From: the human T2T-CHM13v2.0 reference genome, Homo sapiens
NCBI RefSeq assembly: GCF_009914755.1
Contig: NC_060925.1
Length of the DNA: 64,000 nucleotides
Direction: 5' to 3' (one strand)
The notes below the pieces were generated by a model, which worked only from the letters and a program-made list of their open reading frames with translations, searched no databases and was not told the DNA's origin. This document shows positions 1 to 14,814 of the stretch, piece after piece. The first letter of the stretch is position 1. The number at the start of each line of letters is the position of its first letter. The translations under genes were made by a program, and so were the position numbers.

Positions 1-369
1 ACAGCAGCAGACCAGATCATGGGCTCGTAGATAGGGGACTTATAGGCCATGATAAGGATTTGGGATTTTACAAAGAGAGAGACAGTAAGCCCTTAGATGA
101 TTGTGAGGTGAGACATTATAAAATCAAGCATATGTTTGTTTAAAAATAGCTCAATGGATAAATGAACAAAATGGAAAAAAAATTAGTCCTGAGACACAGG
201 GCTGTAATGATATCTCCTATAGACATGGACAGGGAGAATCTTTTATCAACATTCATCTTATAAAGCACAGGGGAACTCTGAGATTCAAATGGTGTTGAAC
301 CGATTCTTGAAGGGTGACTGACCAGCCATATACAGTGACCCCTCCTAATTCTGCCTGTGCCCCACCCCA

Positions 370-561
370 ACTTTACTTTTTTCTCATAACTCTTATTTTC
401 TAATATTCCACTTTTTGGTTGATTTATTTTTGTTTGTCTTCTTTCACTAGAATAGTAGCTTCTTGAGGGCAGGCAACTTTGTCTGCCTTAAGGAGTGCTC
501 TTTCTTGAGTGTCTAGAACAGTGTAAGTGTTCAATGGAGAGTTGCTGAGAAGATGAATGAA
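370..561 (+). mobile_element. L2 LINE 3' end fragment
   Basis: Degenerate L2 terminus: cactagaatagtagcttcttgagggcagg...ctagaacagtg...gaatgaa. Further L2-like pieces lie at ~1-150 (-) and ~600-770 (+). Confidence 0.6.
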
Positions 562-1448
562 GAGATGTGATAGAGTGTAGCCACGGGTATCCCATTGTAC
601 CTGAGGCCACAACGTGAGTGCTATGTGATGCCATCTCCTCTCCCAGACTCACCCTGCACCACCACACTGTGGCTCAGAGACCAGCAACACTGCCCCCCTT
701 TCTCCTCCTTCCATGAAGTTCTGTCTCCTCTACAGGAATTACTCAATATGAAGTTTCCCTCTGGAACAAAAAGGAGATTCCTCCTTCTTTCATGGTCTAA
801 GAAAACACATTGAGAAAACTCCAGTGGTTGAAAACGAGAGTTTTAGCATTGTTATAAAAAATAAAAATCATTGTGTACCTTGAGATCCAGGAGAGCAGCA
901 TATATTTGCAATATCCAAATCCCTAAAACAATGGCAGCTTGGACAATTTTCTAAGTACCTTATTTTCTCAACATATTTTCTGTTTAGGATATTTTTGTCA
1001 GGCTACCAGCATATGGCTAAGATTTATCTTGTTGGGTAGATCATCTGCTTTTAAATGAAATACACAATACCAATAAGCAATTTCCTGCTGTGACAGAGAA
1101 AGATTAGAAAGTACTTATGCCGCAAAAGTGCACCCATAATTATTGTTCAATTTACTTTGACTGAAAGAATGAAAAGAAAAGAAATTTGTCTCCCCAAGGT
1201 AGGTAGATATATATAAAATAGACAAGTTTAGAAGAATAGCCTCAAAATTTGGGATACAGGTTTCAATTTCATACTACTTTCAAGGTCATTCATAAACTGT
1301 AAAGTCATATTTGTTGCCAGGAGAGACTATAAATGTCATAGAGGGTAGTAAAACATGCACATACTGACTGAACCAAATTGTTTCAATGTTTTCATCTTTG
1401 CACAATGCTTTGGATTGTAAATTTAAAATATGTATATATATATATATC

Positions 1449-1616
1449 ATTGGCAATAGAAGAAAATAGGTTGGAGTTGGCAATGACATCTAGCTGAGAA
1501 TGATTAAATGCAAAATATCTTTTTTTGTGAAAGAAGAAAAATATACTACTTCTTGTGACATTAACATTTATGTTTTGGGTGAGTATATTTGATGCTTGAT
1601 TAAGCTTAATATCATG
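1449..1616 (+). repeat. Donor copy of a ~168-bp local direct duplication (partner at 4611-4779)
   Basis: Aligns end to end with 4611-4779, about 22 differences in ~168 bp by hand. Confidence 0.9.
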
Positions 1617-1803
1617 GAACATAGGACAAAACATCCCTGTCGATTCTCATTTTCTGTGATATATATTAATTTTTACATTTGGTGAAGGGGTAGAAAAGAG
1701 GTAGACAAACAGAAAGACACACTGAGCTGTTTATTCCCTGTGATTTCATGTATTATGGAAAGAAAATTTCAAATCTGAGATTATCCCAGAAGACACTCTG
1801 GTT

Positions 1804-1971
1804 CAGTGCTTCTTAAATATTAATGTTCTTAAGAATCACATGTGGATTTTGTGAAAATTCAAATTCTGATTCAATAGTTACAGGATGTTTCTTGGGATTC
1901 TTCATTCCATGCAAGTCCCCAGGAAAAGATGATACAGCTGGTCACAGAATCATACTTTGTAAGTGCTAAGG
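1804..1971 (+). mobile_element. MER5-type hAT-Charlie MITE
   Basis: cagtgcttcttaaa...aagaatcaca...attctgattcaatag...gctggtc...catactttg matches the MER5A/B layout. Confidence 0.75.
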
Positions 1972-3513
1972 TCTGGTCCCTCACCCAATGTGAACCTATA
2001 AAAAATGTGACGGTTGCAAAGAAAAATCTACTTCCAAAAATAAATATAACCTATTCCTAACCAAGGGAAATGTTTCTGTATCATCTAATGTTGTATATTA
2101 TTTGCATCAAAGTTTACTTCTTATTGTGAAATCAGAGAATAATCAAAAAGTGACTGTATTTGAACATAGAAGCCTTACTTTATTATATTCCAAAATTTCA
2201 TTCTAGGTCAGAAATCATATTATTGGTGAGATACTGTTAAAATACTGGCTTTATAATATAACCATAAATAAAATTATGGAATTAGTAATACATCTCAGAA
2301 CACTTTTCTGAAAATTCCTATTAATATAAATATCTTAATCTGAATTTTTATTCTTTTAAACTCTGGATAGTTTGTTTTATGTTTGTTTAAATCTAAGTTA
2401 AAGAGAAAACTGGGTTGGGGAGAGTTTCTAGAAGACTCTTCTAGTCCAGGAGAGGTGATGATGGCTTCTCCTGGTTACTGGCAGTGAGCAGTGGAGAAAT
2501 GGAAGGACCAGGAGCCAAATCAATAGGCTTTACGTCTGTGCTATTACAGACAATTTCACTTCCTCCTATGAGGCTAGCTAGTTATCTCAATGCTATTTAT
2601 TGAATAATCTATTTGTCTGCCATTAATTTGAAATGCTACTTTTATCATATACCTTATGAGAAAATTATCCCACATATACTTGGTTTATCTCTTACATCTG
2701 GCCTTTTCTATTGATTTCCACATTCTGAGGCAGTACCACACTGCTTTATTACTATATACCACATTGCTGCTATATTTTAAATTTTCCCCATGCTTACTCT
2801 TCCAGATGAACTTTAGAATCAAGTAATAAAGTTCCAAACTTTCTGTTGGGATTTTGAGTAGTACTACATTGCATATTTAAATTAATTTAGTAAAACCAAC
2901 ATCTTTCTAATTTAAGAATTTCAAATGAAGAATAGAAGATGTCTCTATTTTCATTCAAATTTTATTTTATACTTCTTAGTAAAGTCTGTGGCTTATACAT
3001 ATGCATATTGTACAATTTATTTAAAGTTTTTTTCCTTGGAAATTATCATTGTATTATTATTGTAGATGACATCTCTTTTTCCTTCATTTCCCTCTATCTG
3101 GCGGTTGTTGGCATTACAGAGACTTTTACATTACCTTGTACATTATTTAGATTATTTGGCAATTTAATTTATCAGACTCTCTTATTTGCTTCTATTGGTT
3201 TTTCAGTTAATTTCTTGTCATCTCTAGGCATAGCATATAACAATATCATTTAGAGACATTCATGTATTATATTTTCTTTTCTAGTGCATACACATTGTAT
3301 TTCCTTCTTTAACTTCTAACTCCTTTAACATTTCTCTGACAATATTAAATAACAGAGATGGTAGCAAGTATCTGTGTCTTTCTAGTTCATGACTTTAATA
3401 GAATACTTTTATGGCTCACTATAAAGCATTTTGCAAACCATGAGATATATATCATAGTTATACATTAAGGAGCATTTAATATTATGACACTTTTAAACAT
3501 AATATCATTTTAG

Positions 3514-3849
<336 letters not shown>

Positions 3850-4610
3850 TGTTTATGATTTTTTTAAAAGGAATCATAGTTGAGTTTTAGCAAACCTGTT
3901 TTAGTACTCATTGATAAGATCATTTACCTACCCTTGTAACTTCTTAAAATAACTAATAAAATTAATACATTCCAGATGTTGAACTATTCCTTAATTCCAA
4001 GAATAATTCAAGTAGGTCATGTACAAAAATATTAAATACATTATGATGTTAACCATTTGGGGAGTATGCCATATTTTTGCATCAATAGTCAAATTTTGTT
4101 TTTAAATTATTATTTGCTTTACTGGGGTTTTTATCTGCACAGATTAGAGAAAGATTTGTTTTTTAAATCTATATTATCTCTCTCAGATTCCAGTGTATGT
4201 GTAATTCTCACTTTGCAAAATAATTGAAAAGATTTCTTTCTTTTTATGAAATCAGGCACAGTTTAAATACCAATGTTTCTATTTCTATTCATGCTTTGAA
4301 AGATAATCTTTGAAATCACTTTGATTGGAAATATTGTTCAAGGATCTCTTGACAACTTTCTCAAAATATTTTCCAGTTATTGGACTTTGGATATGTTTCT
4401 CTTCTTGTATCAAATTATATAATTTGTATTTTATCAACAATATCAGTTTATATTGGATTTTAGTTATTATTCATTACATATTATTGAATTTATTATTCAT
4501 TAGTTGAGAAAATTATGAGTTTCTATTTTCTGAAATATTCCTATCTTTCATGATTTAATTTTCTTGTTATTGTTGGTTTTGTTTTTCTCTTTATTTGGAT
4601 TATCAAATTT

Positions 4611-4779
4611 ATTGGCAACAGAAGAAAATAGGTTGGAGCTAGCAACGACATATATCTAAGAATCATTAAATTCAAAATATAGGTTTTTTGTGAAAGAAGA
4701 AAGGTATACTACTTCTTGTGACATTGACATTTATGTTTTGGGTAATTATCGTTGATGCTTGATAAAGCTTGATATCTTG
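4611..4779 (+). repeat. Inserted copy of the ~168-bp local duplication (donor 1449-1616)
   Basis: About 85-87% identical to 1449-1616. L1 sequence resumes at ~4804 after a (GTT/GCT)n filler. Confidence 0.9.
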
Positions 4780-5435
4780 CTGTTGTTGTTGTTACTGCTG
4801 CTGTTTTCCAAGAATCAAACCTGGGGAATTTGTGTTTGATTCTGCCTTCCCCTCTTGTTCCAAAATTCATTAATATTCTTATTAAAACATTCCTATTGCT
4901 TTCCTAACATATATTTTGGTGATCTTTCCCACTTTCTTGGCTTGGACGCTTAATTAACTGATTTTGATTCTTTCATATTTGGTGGTGAAGCTATTTAAGA
5001 TACCTGCCATTCTGTGCAAATCTCTGATTTCATCTCCTACTATCTTTTTGCCTGTATTTGACTCATACAAAATTAGTCATACTTTAACTAGATTTAGATA
5101 TGACTCATCTGCATAGGATGCATTGTAGTTGGACTTTGTTTCTTTAATAGAGCTGACACCATCTTTTTAAAATTTAATTCTGTCCTTATGTTATTTTCTA
5201 ATCAATATTTTTAATAATTATGCATGGTTTTATTCCCTCATTTATCTAATTCTTTTTGCTTGTGTGCTTGTATGCTTGTTTTTGTGCTCCCTCTGATCCT
5301 TTTATAATGTATGTGCTATATGGTCTATGTGCTTTTCCCTAAATAATTTGGAGGGCATAGTCTTTTAAAAATTATATCACTGAATACCTACCAGACTTCT
5401 TAAGGCTAATTAGAATTAACATACAATATGAGTGC

Positions 5436-5818
5436 TATGGTAGATATTACTGTTCACCAATGAACAGTTCCCCTGTTCTTCCCTGCATAAGAGAAGCTGT
5501 GCTCCCCTAAGACCATATAGTTATATGGGGCCCTCAGACTTGTTCTGGGCAATAAAATGTGAGTAGAAGTGACTGCGTCGTTGCAGGTAAAGGCACTGAA
5601 AAATCTGTGGCACACCCCATTCTCTCTCCCTCTCTTGAAGCACCTGTGAGGTTCCAGAAGGTGGAGCCTCAGTCTTCCTGGGACCTTTAGTGCAGAGCTC
5701 CAGTTGTCAACTTGACAGCGTACATGAGTAAGAAATAAACCACGGTTACTGTTAAGCCATGGACACTTTAGAGTTAAATTGCTACCACGACAAATCCTAG
5801 TCTACCCTGACTGATCCA
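5436..5818 (+). mobile_element. MLT1 (J/I-like) MaLR solo LTR
   Basis: gcaataaaatgtgagtagaagtgac, agaaataaac...tgttaagcca, and terminal cctagtctaccctgactgatcca. Confidence 0.8.
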
Positions 5819-5920
5819 AATAGAAAAGAGACTACAAGCACATGCAGCGCAACCTAAAATTAACGCTAAAATAGTTGGCACTGGCTGAAAATAAACATGC
5901 TGATTACAGGAAAGACAGTC

Positions 5921-6101
5921 TCATAGTAAAAGCACAGGCTTTGAAAGCAACCTTGAGGTTGATTAATGAATTGTATGAGTTTGGCTATTTTCTTAACCTC
6001 TGGATGTTTATGTCATTCTTATTTGTGAGATGGGGTTAATAACTACCTTGTAGAATGTCTTGGAGAATTATTAACCAAAACTAATATATGTTAAGCACTT
6101 G
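5921..6101 (+). mobile_element. MIR
   Basis: agcacaggctttgaaag...cttaacctct...tgtgagatgggg core-like sequence. Confidence 0.65.
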
Positions 6102-6649
6102 GAGTCTAGTTGGTCCCAATGAAAACAGATACAATAATTATTATGAGTTTCTTTTATTTATTCAAAGTATATTACAAAACAAAGCATTACTAAAATTTTT
6201 TGTTAGTAAAATCTTATGAATATTAATGAAATTTGTCACATAAAGTCAATAAAACTACTGGCCCAACTTTCATTATTTAATAACTCATTCCATGTCCACA
6301 GACAACCCCCCAAATCTTGAAGTTCTTCAAAGAAACCATATTCTCACATGTACAATATATTAAGTTCTCTTTGTGGACATAATCAGAGCTTGAAATTTGA
6401 GTTCTTTATATTGCAAAGTTTATGCTAAGGTATTTTCTCATGAAACGAGTACCTATGTGATAAACATAAAATACAGGACTTATTTTAAAATATAGAATTA
6501 GAAACTTCTATTCCCTCTCCTCAATATCAAATAACTTAAGGAAGATGTTAAAAGACAGAAGAGTGTTTTGATACTCCTAGCTTAGATGGCTAAATATCCT
6601 TATTGTTTTCTTTCTCGTTTATTTTCCTTCTTTCTTAAAAACAAAACTC

Positions 6650-6896
6650 TTAGGATCTTGGGTACATATGCAGGTTAGTTACATAGGTAAACATGTGTCA
6701 TGGGGATGTGTTGTACAGATTATTTGTTCACTCCCTCCTCCCACCCCTTACCCTCTGATGGGCCCCAGTGTGCGTTTTTCTCCTCTATGTGTTCAGGTGT
6801 TCTCACCATTTAGCTCCTACTTATAAGTGAGAACATGTGGGATCTGGTTTTCTGCTCCCAGGGTACTTTGCTAAGAATAATGGCTTCCAGCGCCAT
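6650..6896 (-). mobile_element. L1PA (old, ~PA11-16) 3' UTR fragment
   Basis: ggtacatatgcaggttagttacataggtaaac...cttataagtgagaacatgtgg. Confidence 0.85.
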
Positions 6897-8349
6897 TTAA
6901 TTTTTTATTTAATCACTGAGAATTTTATTATATTTTAGTCACACTTTGGAGGCAATTGAGTCAATTTTTATTTGTTTAGAAGTTAGAAATACATGGATGT
7001 AGCGGTAAATATATATACCTTTACGTGTGTTTATACATACATATGTGTGTCTGTGCATGTTTGTATAAAACAAGATTTTTTTTCTTACATCACTGACAAG
7101 GAAATCTTTAACATATTGTTATCTACATCAGTCTCTAATTTCTTCTTTATCAAACAGGGCTTTTTAACAGTTTGACCAATAACAAAACTTAAACAAATTC
7201 TAAGGGATACATGTTAACTCATATACCCACTCACAGTACAGTTTGGGAAATTTAAGTATTTCTTATCTGACAAAAATAACAAAATGATCTCAATGTTTTA
7301 AAAGTTCCTTGAAGCAAAAATTAAAACCACTGAAAATAGGTTTCACAAATATTTTTGCTAAATCTTTTCATAAGTATTTGTCTAATTAAAATATTTAGAT
7401 ACCATTTTCTATATCTTTTTTACTTCTAATATCAGAAATAGACTCATACTCAGCAACTTCAATGGATAAATTACTTCAGGAATATCAACTTGATTTTAGA
7501 AATGTGATTCAAAATATATTCACCTAAATTTTAAAATCCAAACATATACCAAAATACTTCTATTACTAATAATTTAAAGGAAAATAAGGTGGAAATATAA
7601 AGGTAATAAAGGTAACTTGTTTAATTTGGGAAACCAGATGCTGTTATCACATCAACTTGAATTTTCTTTCCATTTTTAAAATACATCCCAGAAATAGGTC
7701 AAGGAGAAAAAAAAGCACACACATGATAAAATGGAAAAAAATGTAACTATGACTATGGCAACAGGATAGCAATATTTTGCCAAGGAGTTTTTTTTAACTC
7801 AGATATACCAGTTCCAAAGAATACACTCCAGATGGCAAATCCATGGTTTATGTGGGTGATTTTATCTTTACTACCCAAAAGAATCTTGCAGGCTGCCGTC
7901 CTGAAACTTACATCTGCTATGAATGAAAGTGATTAGGATTTGAAGTTGTAGCTCTCTTGCTATCACTTCCTACCTGGTTGCCTATCTCTGGCGACCTGGG
8001 AGTCAGTTACATTTCCTCGTAATGGCTCACAACAAATGTGTTTCTACCTATGAAAGATAGTTACTAGTCAAGGGGTTGAAAGTGATCTTAAACTCGAGAT
8101 TCCATGTTACACTTCCTGATGGTAGCCGTGATAATGGATGCTCCTAAGGGATAGAGGTAGAGATCACACAAAATAACCTGGATAGAGACATCTACTGGAG
8201 ATGGGAAGTGGGTGTATTTGATTATTTGTTTGTTTAATGTAGCACTCAAAACACAAATTCCTGTGGCTGATTTTAACAGTAGTAGTCACATTTGAGGCCT
8301 TCTTTAGAGGTTTTACAGCAGAAGAAAAAAATGTGGGCTCTATCATAAA

Positions 8350-8875
<526 letters not shown>

Positions 8876-9921
8876 ATATCTGTTTTTGTAATTTCAAAGC
8901 TTCTCATGCACTATACAAATCTAGGGTAGGATGCTTTGTCTTTTGATGTAGTTATGTAAAAACTGAGTTTCTTCCTTTTCCCTTTCTTTCTTTCCTTTCT
9001 TTTTTTTTCTCTCTCTCTCTTCCTACTACCTCAATTTTTAATTCAATTCACCTTCTTAACATAATTTCTGGATATATTTAGTTCCATTGCTAATGGTAAA
9101 TGACATTAAATGTTGAGATTTCTAAGCCATCTTAACCAGGTTGTCTTCCTGCTTATTTCTCTAGCTTCATCTCTTTTGACATACACAGGAAGAAAAACTA
9201 TAGCTGTGAGGCTTTTCAGAAAACATACCATTTGTTTTACTCAGGGTTTATCCCAGTAACAAATTGAGCTTCCAAGCAATAAAACTGCCATGCACAAGTC
9301 TTCTTTAAAAGAAATTCTACTTGAAGATGTATCAGGAACTAGAATATTAGAAGAAAGTGACAGTCTTCTGATAGCAAAAGCAACTATTCCCTTTACTAAA
9401 GAGAAATAAAATAAATTTCCTAAGTAAATTTATTGTCACTGCATTTAGTGCAATATCGAACTATGCCTCTATGGGGTTTCTCTATGAGCCTAATCAGACA
9501 CTTAGCCATGGAATCATATTTTGTAAACTAGAGCACTAGAAAAGAACTTAGGGGGCTCATGGGAAATACTCAGCAATACTGGTGGTTCAGAGGAAAGCAC
9601 TGAACAAGTCATTTAGCCCCTCCTTGAATTACTAGTCTCCCTTATGGAGTAGTTTAATTTAGGATTTTTCTTCTTCTTAGGGACAGAAGGTTTCTATACT
9701 CTTTTAGTTCCATCAGAACTAAATCAAGATGAAAGGACCTGAGAAAATGATACTTGAGAGATGTTTAGGATAAGATCCAGATTCTTTAACCTGGTCACCA
9801 GGATTCTGCCTTCCTGCCAGTCTCATTTAAGGTGCTTCTCCAACCCATGCTTACTTGTAGCCCCAAGACTTTCCTACCAGTAATTTTACTTATTTATTTT
9901 AATATTTTATTTTCAGTCAGG

Positions 9922-10148
<227 letters not shown>

Positions 10149-10169
10149 TTAATATTTTAACTTTCATTT

Positions 10170-10330
10170 AGCACTTTAATATATGAATTTCATGGGGTAG
10201 TCCATTTAATCCTCAAAATAACATGAATGCTATTATCCCCATTTTATAGATGGGGAAATAGATTTCTGAGAGATAACTAACAGGTTAATATTAGCTGGAT
10301 ATTCCACCTGGTCTTGGAACCCAGGTGTGG
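10170..10330 (-). mobile_element. MIR
   Basis: catttaatcctca...tattatccccattttatagatggggaaa. Confidence 0.7.
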
Positions 10331-10600
10331 GTTCCTCTTCCTATTAGGCCCTACCTCTTCATTCTCTAGCTTGCATCTCAAGTGTAGCTGGAAGAGAAAC
10401 ATGGGTAGAGCTTCAGAGCTGTAATATACTTGGGTATGTTATACTAAAGCAAGCTAAATCAGAACTCAAGAGAAAACCTGTAGTGAAAGCCAGGAAGATG
10501 GAAAAGGGGGATGGTGGTGATAGGAAATAAAGTCACTGAAGGGAACTTCTACCCTCCCTATTCAGAGAAATAGAAATTAAGAGAGAAGTATATGTAGTTA

Positions 10601-10836
10601 GAGTGGTATTCATCTTGTTTTTAGTTGCAGAACTCTTTTACTCTTCTGCAAATGAAATATTTCAGAGAACCTCAAAATGTGAAACATTAAAAAATTTCTC
10701 TGCAACATGCTGAAAACCCAAGTTATACCTGCTCAGACACTTCTCACATCTTTCCCCAAAACTTGGAAGCACCCGAGATGCTTCCTGGTCTCTAAGGCAT
10801 TAAGGAAGCCATTGACAAATAGCTGGGAAACCACTA
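10601..10836 (+). mobile_element. Ancient hAT-Charlie MITE (MER112-like)
   Basis: Inverted-repeat-like ends agtggtattc...gggaaaccact and an internal gcagaactc...caaatgaaat motif. Family assignment tentative. Confidence 0.45.
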
Positions 10837-11010
10837 AGTCAGACAGGTGTGGGTTCCAGTCTCAGCTTTGCATTTACTTTTTCTAGGAACTTGAGAAACT
10901 TAACTACCCTGATTGATGGTGTCTTTTTATTGTAAAGATAATAAGAGATAATGGCCATAAAACATTAGTACATTACCTGAATAACAGTATAGATGCTCAG
11001 TAAATATCTT
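10837..11010 (+). mobile_element. MIR
   Basis: agtcagacaggtgtgggttccagtctcagcttt...gatgctcagtaaatat. Confidence 0.65.
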
Positions 11011-12256
11011 TGTTGGAAGAAAATTAGAAGTTAACATTGAGCTCTTCCTAATAAATTAAATTGATGAGGTTTGAAAATTACTTAAATAGTAAGCTTGTAT
11101 TTAAAAGATCCTTTGACCACATAAAATTTCATTTGGAAAGAACTGCAGGTTTTTCATATCATCTCTATTTTTAGAGTGGAGATGAGAAGAAAAAAAAACA
11201 CAAGAAAAAAGCACATGGCTAGGACCACTCATTATGATTCAGAAACATGAGTTAGAAAGTGCAGCTGTCTCCCTGCTTTCAGAGCAGATAGCGGCATCAT
11301 TTTATAAATGAAAGTAGAGATAAAGTCACTGTGATACACATTTCTGCAATAACAAACCAGGGAACATTAGAGACAAATAAATACTCATTGCCAGGGGAAT
11401 ATTTTCTCCTGGGTAAAAGGCATGCATTAATTCTCACAATAGAGTCATCTAATAAATGATTCATCTAGACACTAATATTTAATCAGTTCTTATCTTCAAT
11501 TGCTCTAAGAACCTTTTAAACACTATAGCATATTTAAACATATTCAGGGTTATTACTTATTCAAGTTTAATTCCTTAGTCAAACTTGTTTTAAAATGAAT
11601 AAATGACACAAAAGAAAAGAATACTATCGCTTCATACTAAATGCTAATGTTGTAATTATTTTCTTTAGATAAGTAGATTTTTACCTGTAATGTTTTAACT
11701 TAGAATTTTTCTGACAATTTTAAAAGTTAATAGGAACTATTTGTTAAGCCATGCAGTTTGCTCTGCGGTTACTTACAAAATGGATTTCAATTTTTCTGTG
11801 GAATTGCTTTTTAATTTTTTACAGCACTGCAATGTTTTACCTACTTAATTTCATAATGTGAGTCATCAATAATATATTTCCTACATTCAGTGAAACCAAG
11901 TGTGATGCCAGATTGAAAAAATAATGAATTTTCTTTACATTTAGGATTTCTTTTCACATATATGACAATCCTTAGATAAATAAAAATGCTGTCCTGGATT
12001 ATTATACTTTTCCACAAGAGGGCTCTTGAAAGTCAAAAATATTGCCCATGATTAGTAATCTGCTTACATCTATTGGTAAAAACCAGAGAAACAAGATTTT
12101 GAAATATTTCCTGGATAATTAAATTTTTAAAAAATACTTTAAATTAAAGAGTTAACTAATAGTAATCAAAGCCAAAATCGATGGAATGCTTCCTGTGTGC
12201 AGGCCATGTGGTTAGTGCTGGATATGTAGCCATTATTATTATTCATTGCACTATAG

Positions 12257-12503
12257 AGAGTCAGTTACGGTTCAGCATGAAACTTTGGAGATAAGATTGC
12301 CTGAGTTTGAATCCCAGCTCTGCCATTTGAATTATTTCTTTGACTTTGGGCAAGATACTTGGTATTTAACTTTATCAGTCCTTGGTTCCTTTTCTGTAAA
12401 ATGCGGTTGTTGTAAGGATTAAGGGAATTAAGATACATAAAGCAATTAGAAGAGTGTCGGGCACCTAGTAAGTGCTTTGTAAGTTTTAGCTACTACTATC
12501 ATC
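12257..12503 (+). mobile_element. MIR (near full length), apparently inside an oppositely oriented MIR (~12157-12600)
   Basis: cctgagtttgaatcccagctctgcca...tgactttgggcaag...ctgtaaaatg...gcacctagtaagtgct. The flanks read as minus-strand MIR (acagaggacaaaactgaggcacatagag). Confidence 0.75.
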
Positions 12504-13349
12504 ACAGAGGACAAAACTGAGGCACATAGAGATTAAAAGATATGCCCTAAATCGTGCGCCCAGTGTCTGGAAAGATACAAGGTTTTGCCCCACCAGTGTG
12601 CTAGAACATGTATTAGCCAATATGCCTCTAATATAAGAGAAGATTGGCAACACCATCTGCTTATTCCTACCCCCACTGACAGCACTGGGGGACCCATCCC
12701 TGCTTAACCACACTGCCCACCTGTCCACGGTCCTGGATTATCCATACCTCTCAGGGTTATCTCTCATCGTAATAATCATTGATTTATGTATTGAACTCCG
12801 TCACGAGTCTACTTGAGTTCCAGGACGATATCTTATTTATTTTTGCTTTCCTAGCACATTTTGGTTAGCAAGAATTAACAAGGATGATTTAAAAAAAATA
12901 AGGGTGTGCTAATATTTCCAACTGTCCTATAAAACGATTTTTGTTAAACCCATTTAACAGATGAAGAAATCGAAATTCTAAGATCAAGATCTCACGGTTT
13001 GAAATAGCCATACTATTGGAAACCAGATCTGAATCTGAAGCCTGTGTTTTCTTCACTATAATGACCCACACATGTGCTCAGGGTTGTTTGTGCATTTACT
13101 GACTGAAGACAGACTGTGAAAATTCCACCAAGAGACATAACGGAGTGTTTTCAATGTATATATAGGCTAAGGGGAGATTATTTTTGCAATAACTCAAGTA
13201 TTCAAATGAGGATTTTTCCCTTCAAATAGTTTTGGTCTGTGTTTTTTTTTAAATAAGGTTAAATTTTTTTCAGATTGATTTTATAACTTCTCTTTTATAA
13301 TTATTTTTGTGGAAAAATTTAAAAATGTTATGAACACTAAGAATAACAA

Positions 13350-13980
13350 TATTATACAATGAAAGTGTATAATAAGGAGAATTTCCTGGTCAGGGACTGG
13401 GTTAAAACTTCCTTCAAAGGGAGATATCTGAACTGAGAACCAGAGGATGAGTCCGTGTTAACCAGGTGAAAAAGGGGAGGAAAGAATGTTATTCCAGGCA
13501 GACGAAACCATTTGCAAAGGCCCTGTAGCAGGGGACACCATCCTAATGAGGAGGAATAAAAAGAATAAAGGTAACGGGAAGCAGAATGGTTCAGGAGGGG
13601 CTGAAAAGTAAAAGGCAGACAATTCATTAATTTTGTAAATATTTATGGGAAGCCTACCACACCCCTGCTAGTAATGTAGGTACAGAGGAATAAAAAAGTA
13701 ATAAAGCATTTTTCTCTCAAGGAAATTCTTAATCTGGCAAAAGATGGCTAAACGCACACACACGCTTACCTCTAGATATAATGCAATGGAAGCGGTATTG
13801 TAATAGCAGTAAGAACAAAAGGCTGTGGGAGCACAATAGAAGGAGAAATTAATTGTGATTAAGGAAATATCAAAAGAAGGAATTGGCCAATATTTTATTG
13901 GGTAATTGACATGTTAGCTGATCCTTAAAGGTATTCCAAGCAACAGCATGAAGAGAAGCACCAGGTGTAAATAGTGGCCA
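13350..13980 (-). mobile_element. L2 fragments (two adjacent pieces)
   Basis: tgaactgagaaccagaggatgag...attccaggcagacgaaaccatttgcaaaggccctg, then attcatt...aaatatttat...ctctcaagga. Confidence 0.7.
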
Positions 13981-14043
13981 GAAGTCTATTAAATAATAAT
14001 TTGTTTGATGGATCTGTTTATTTTAAATCTCAGAGGAGGTTCT

Positions 14044-14700
14044 ATTCTCTGCAGAAAGTAGAATTAAACTAGAAAGCAGTAACAAAAAGATAAACAGAAA
14101 AAAACCTTAATAATTGCTATCATGTATATAGGTGTTAAAACACGGTTGCGAAAACAAGTAATCACAATGAAAATTAGAAAATGTTTGGAAATAAATGTTT
14201 GGAAATAAATGATAACATGGTTGACATATCAAAATACATAACTAAAGTTATGCTTAGGTAAAATGTGCAGGCTTATGTGCATATGTTAGAAAAGAATATT
14301 GAATATCAACACTCTACATATCTATCTGAAGAAGCAATGAGAAAAGCAAATTAATCCAACGAAAGTTGAAGAAAAAGATGACACAGGCAGAAGCCCAATG
14401 AAGAGAAAACAAACATAAAATTAATAAAGAAGACCAAAAGTTGGTCCTTCAAAAATAAAACACAATTTATAAACCCCAAGGTCAAGAAAAAAAGAGAAGT
14501 CAAAAAAGTCAGAAATAAAAGCCAGGATATTACTTTAGATTTTATAATTGTTAAAATATAATAGAAAGATATAAACAATGTTATGTCCGTAATTTCAATA
14601 TTTAAATGAAATAAGCAAATACCATTAAAATATTATTTTTTAAATAACGAAATAAGGATGGGAAATCGGAATTGTTCTATATCTTAAGGAAAAAAAGAAA
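14044..14700 (+). mobile_element. L1M ORF2 fragment (end of endonuclease / Z region)
   Basis: gaattaaactagaaagcagtaac, gaaaattagaaaatgtttggaa, accaaaagttggtccttcaaaaa. Confidence 0.75.
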
Positions 14701-14795
14701 TGAAGAATCTCTTTATAGAGGTAGTTATACTCTTCTTTCTGCTTCCTACTAGCCAAAAGGTAACAATGTTTACTATCTCTCAGCATTTCTCAATT

Positions 14796-14814
14796 GCCGC
14801 CACTAGGTGGCAAA
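14796..14814 (+). promoter_or_regulatory. Candidate CTCF binding site
   Basis: GCCGCCACTAGGTGGCAAA contains a perfect CCASYAGRKGGCR core (14800-14812). Confidence 0.65.

Noticed and set aside
11050-12150. Enhancer call from an AP-1 site (TGAGTCA, 11859-65) in AT-rich unique DNA; similar isolated motifs at 51.2-51.8 kb and 61.6-62.1 kb
   Set aside because: Single short motifs are expected by chance in 64 kb; chromatin or conservation data are needed.
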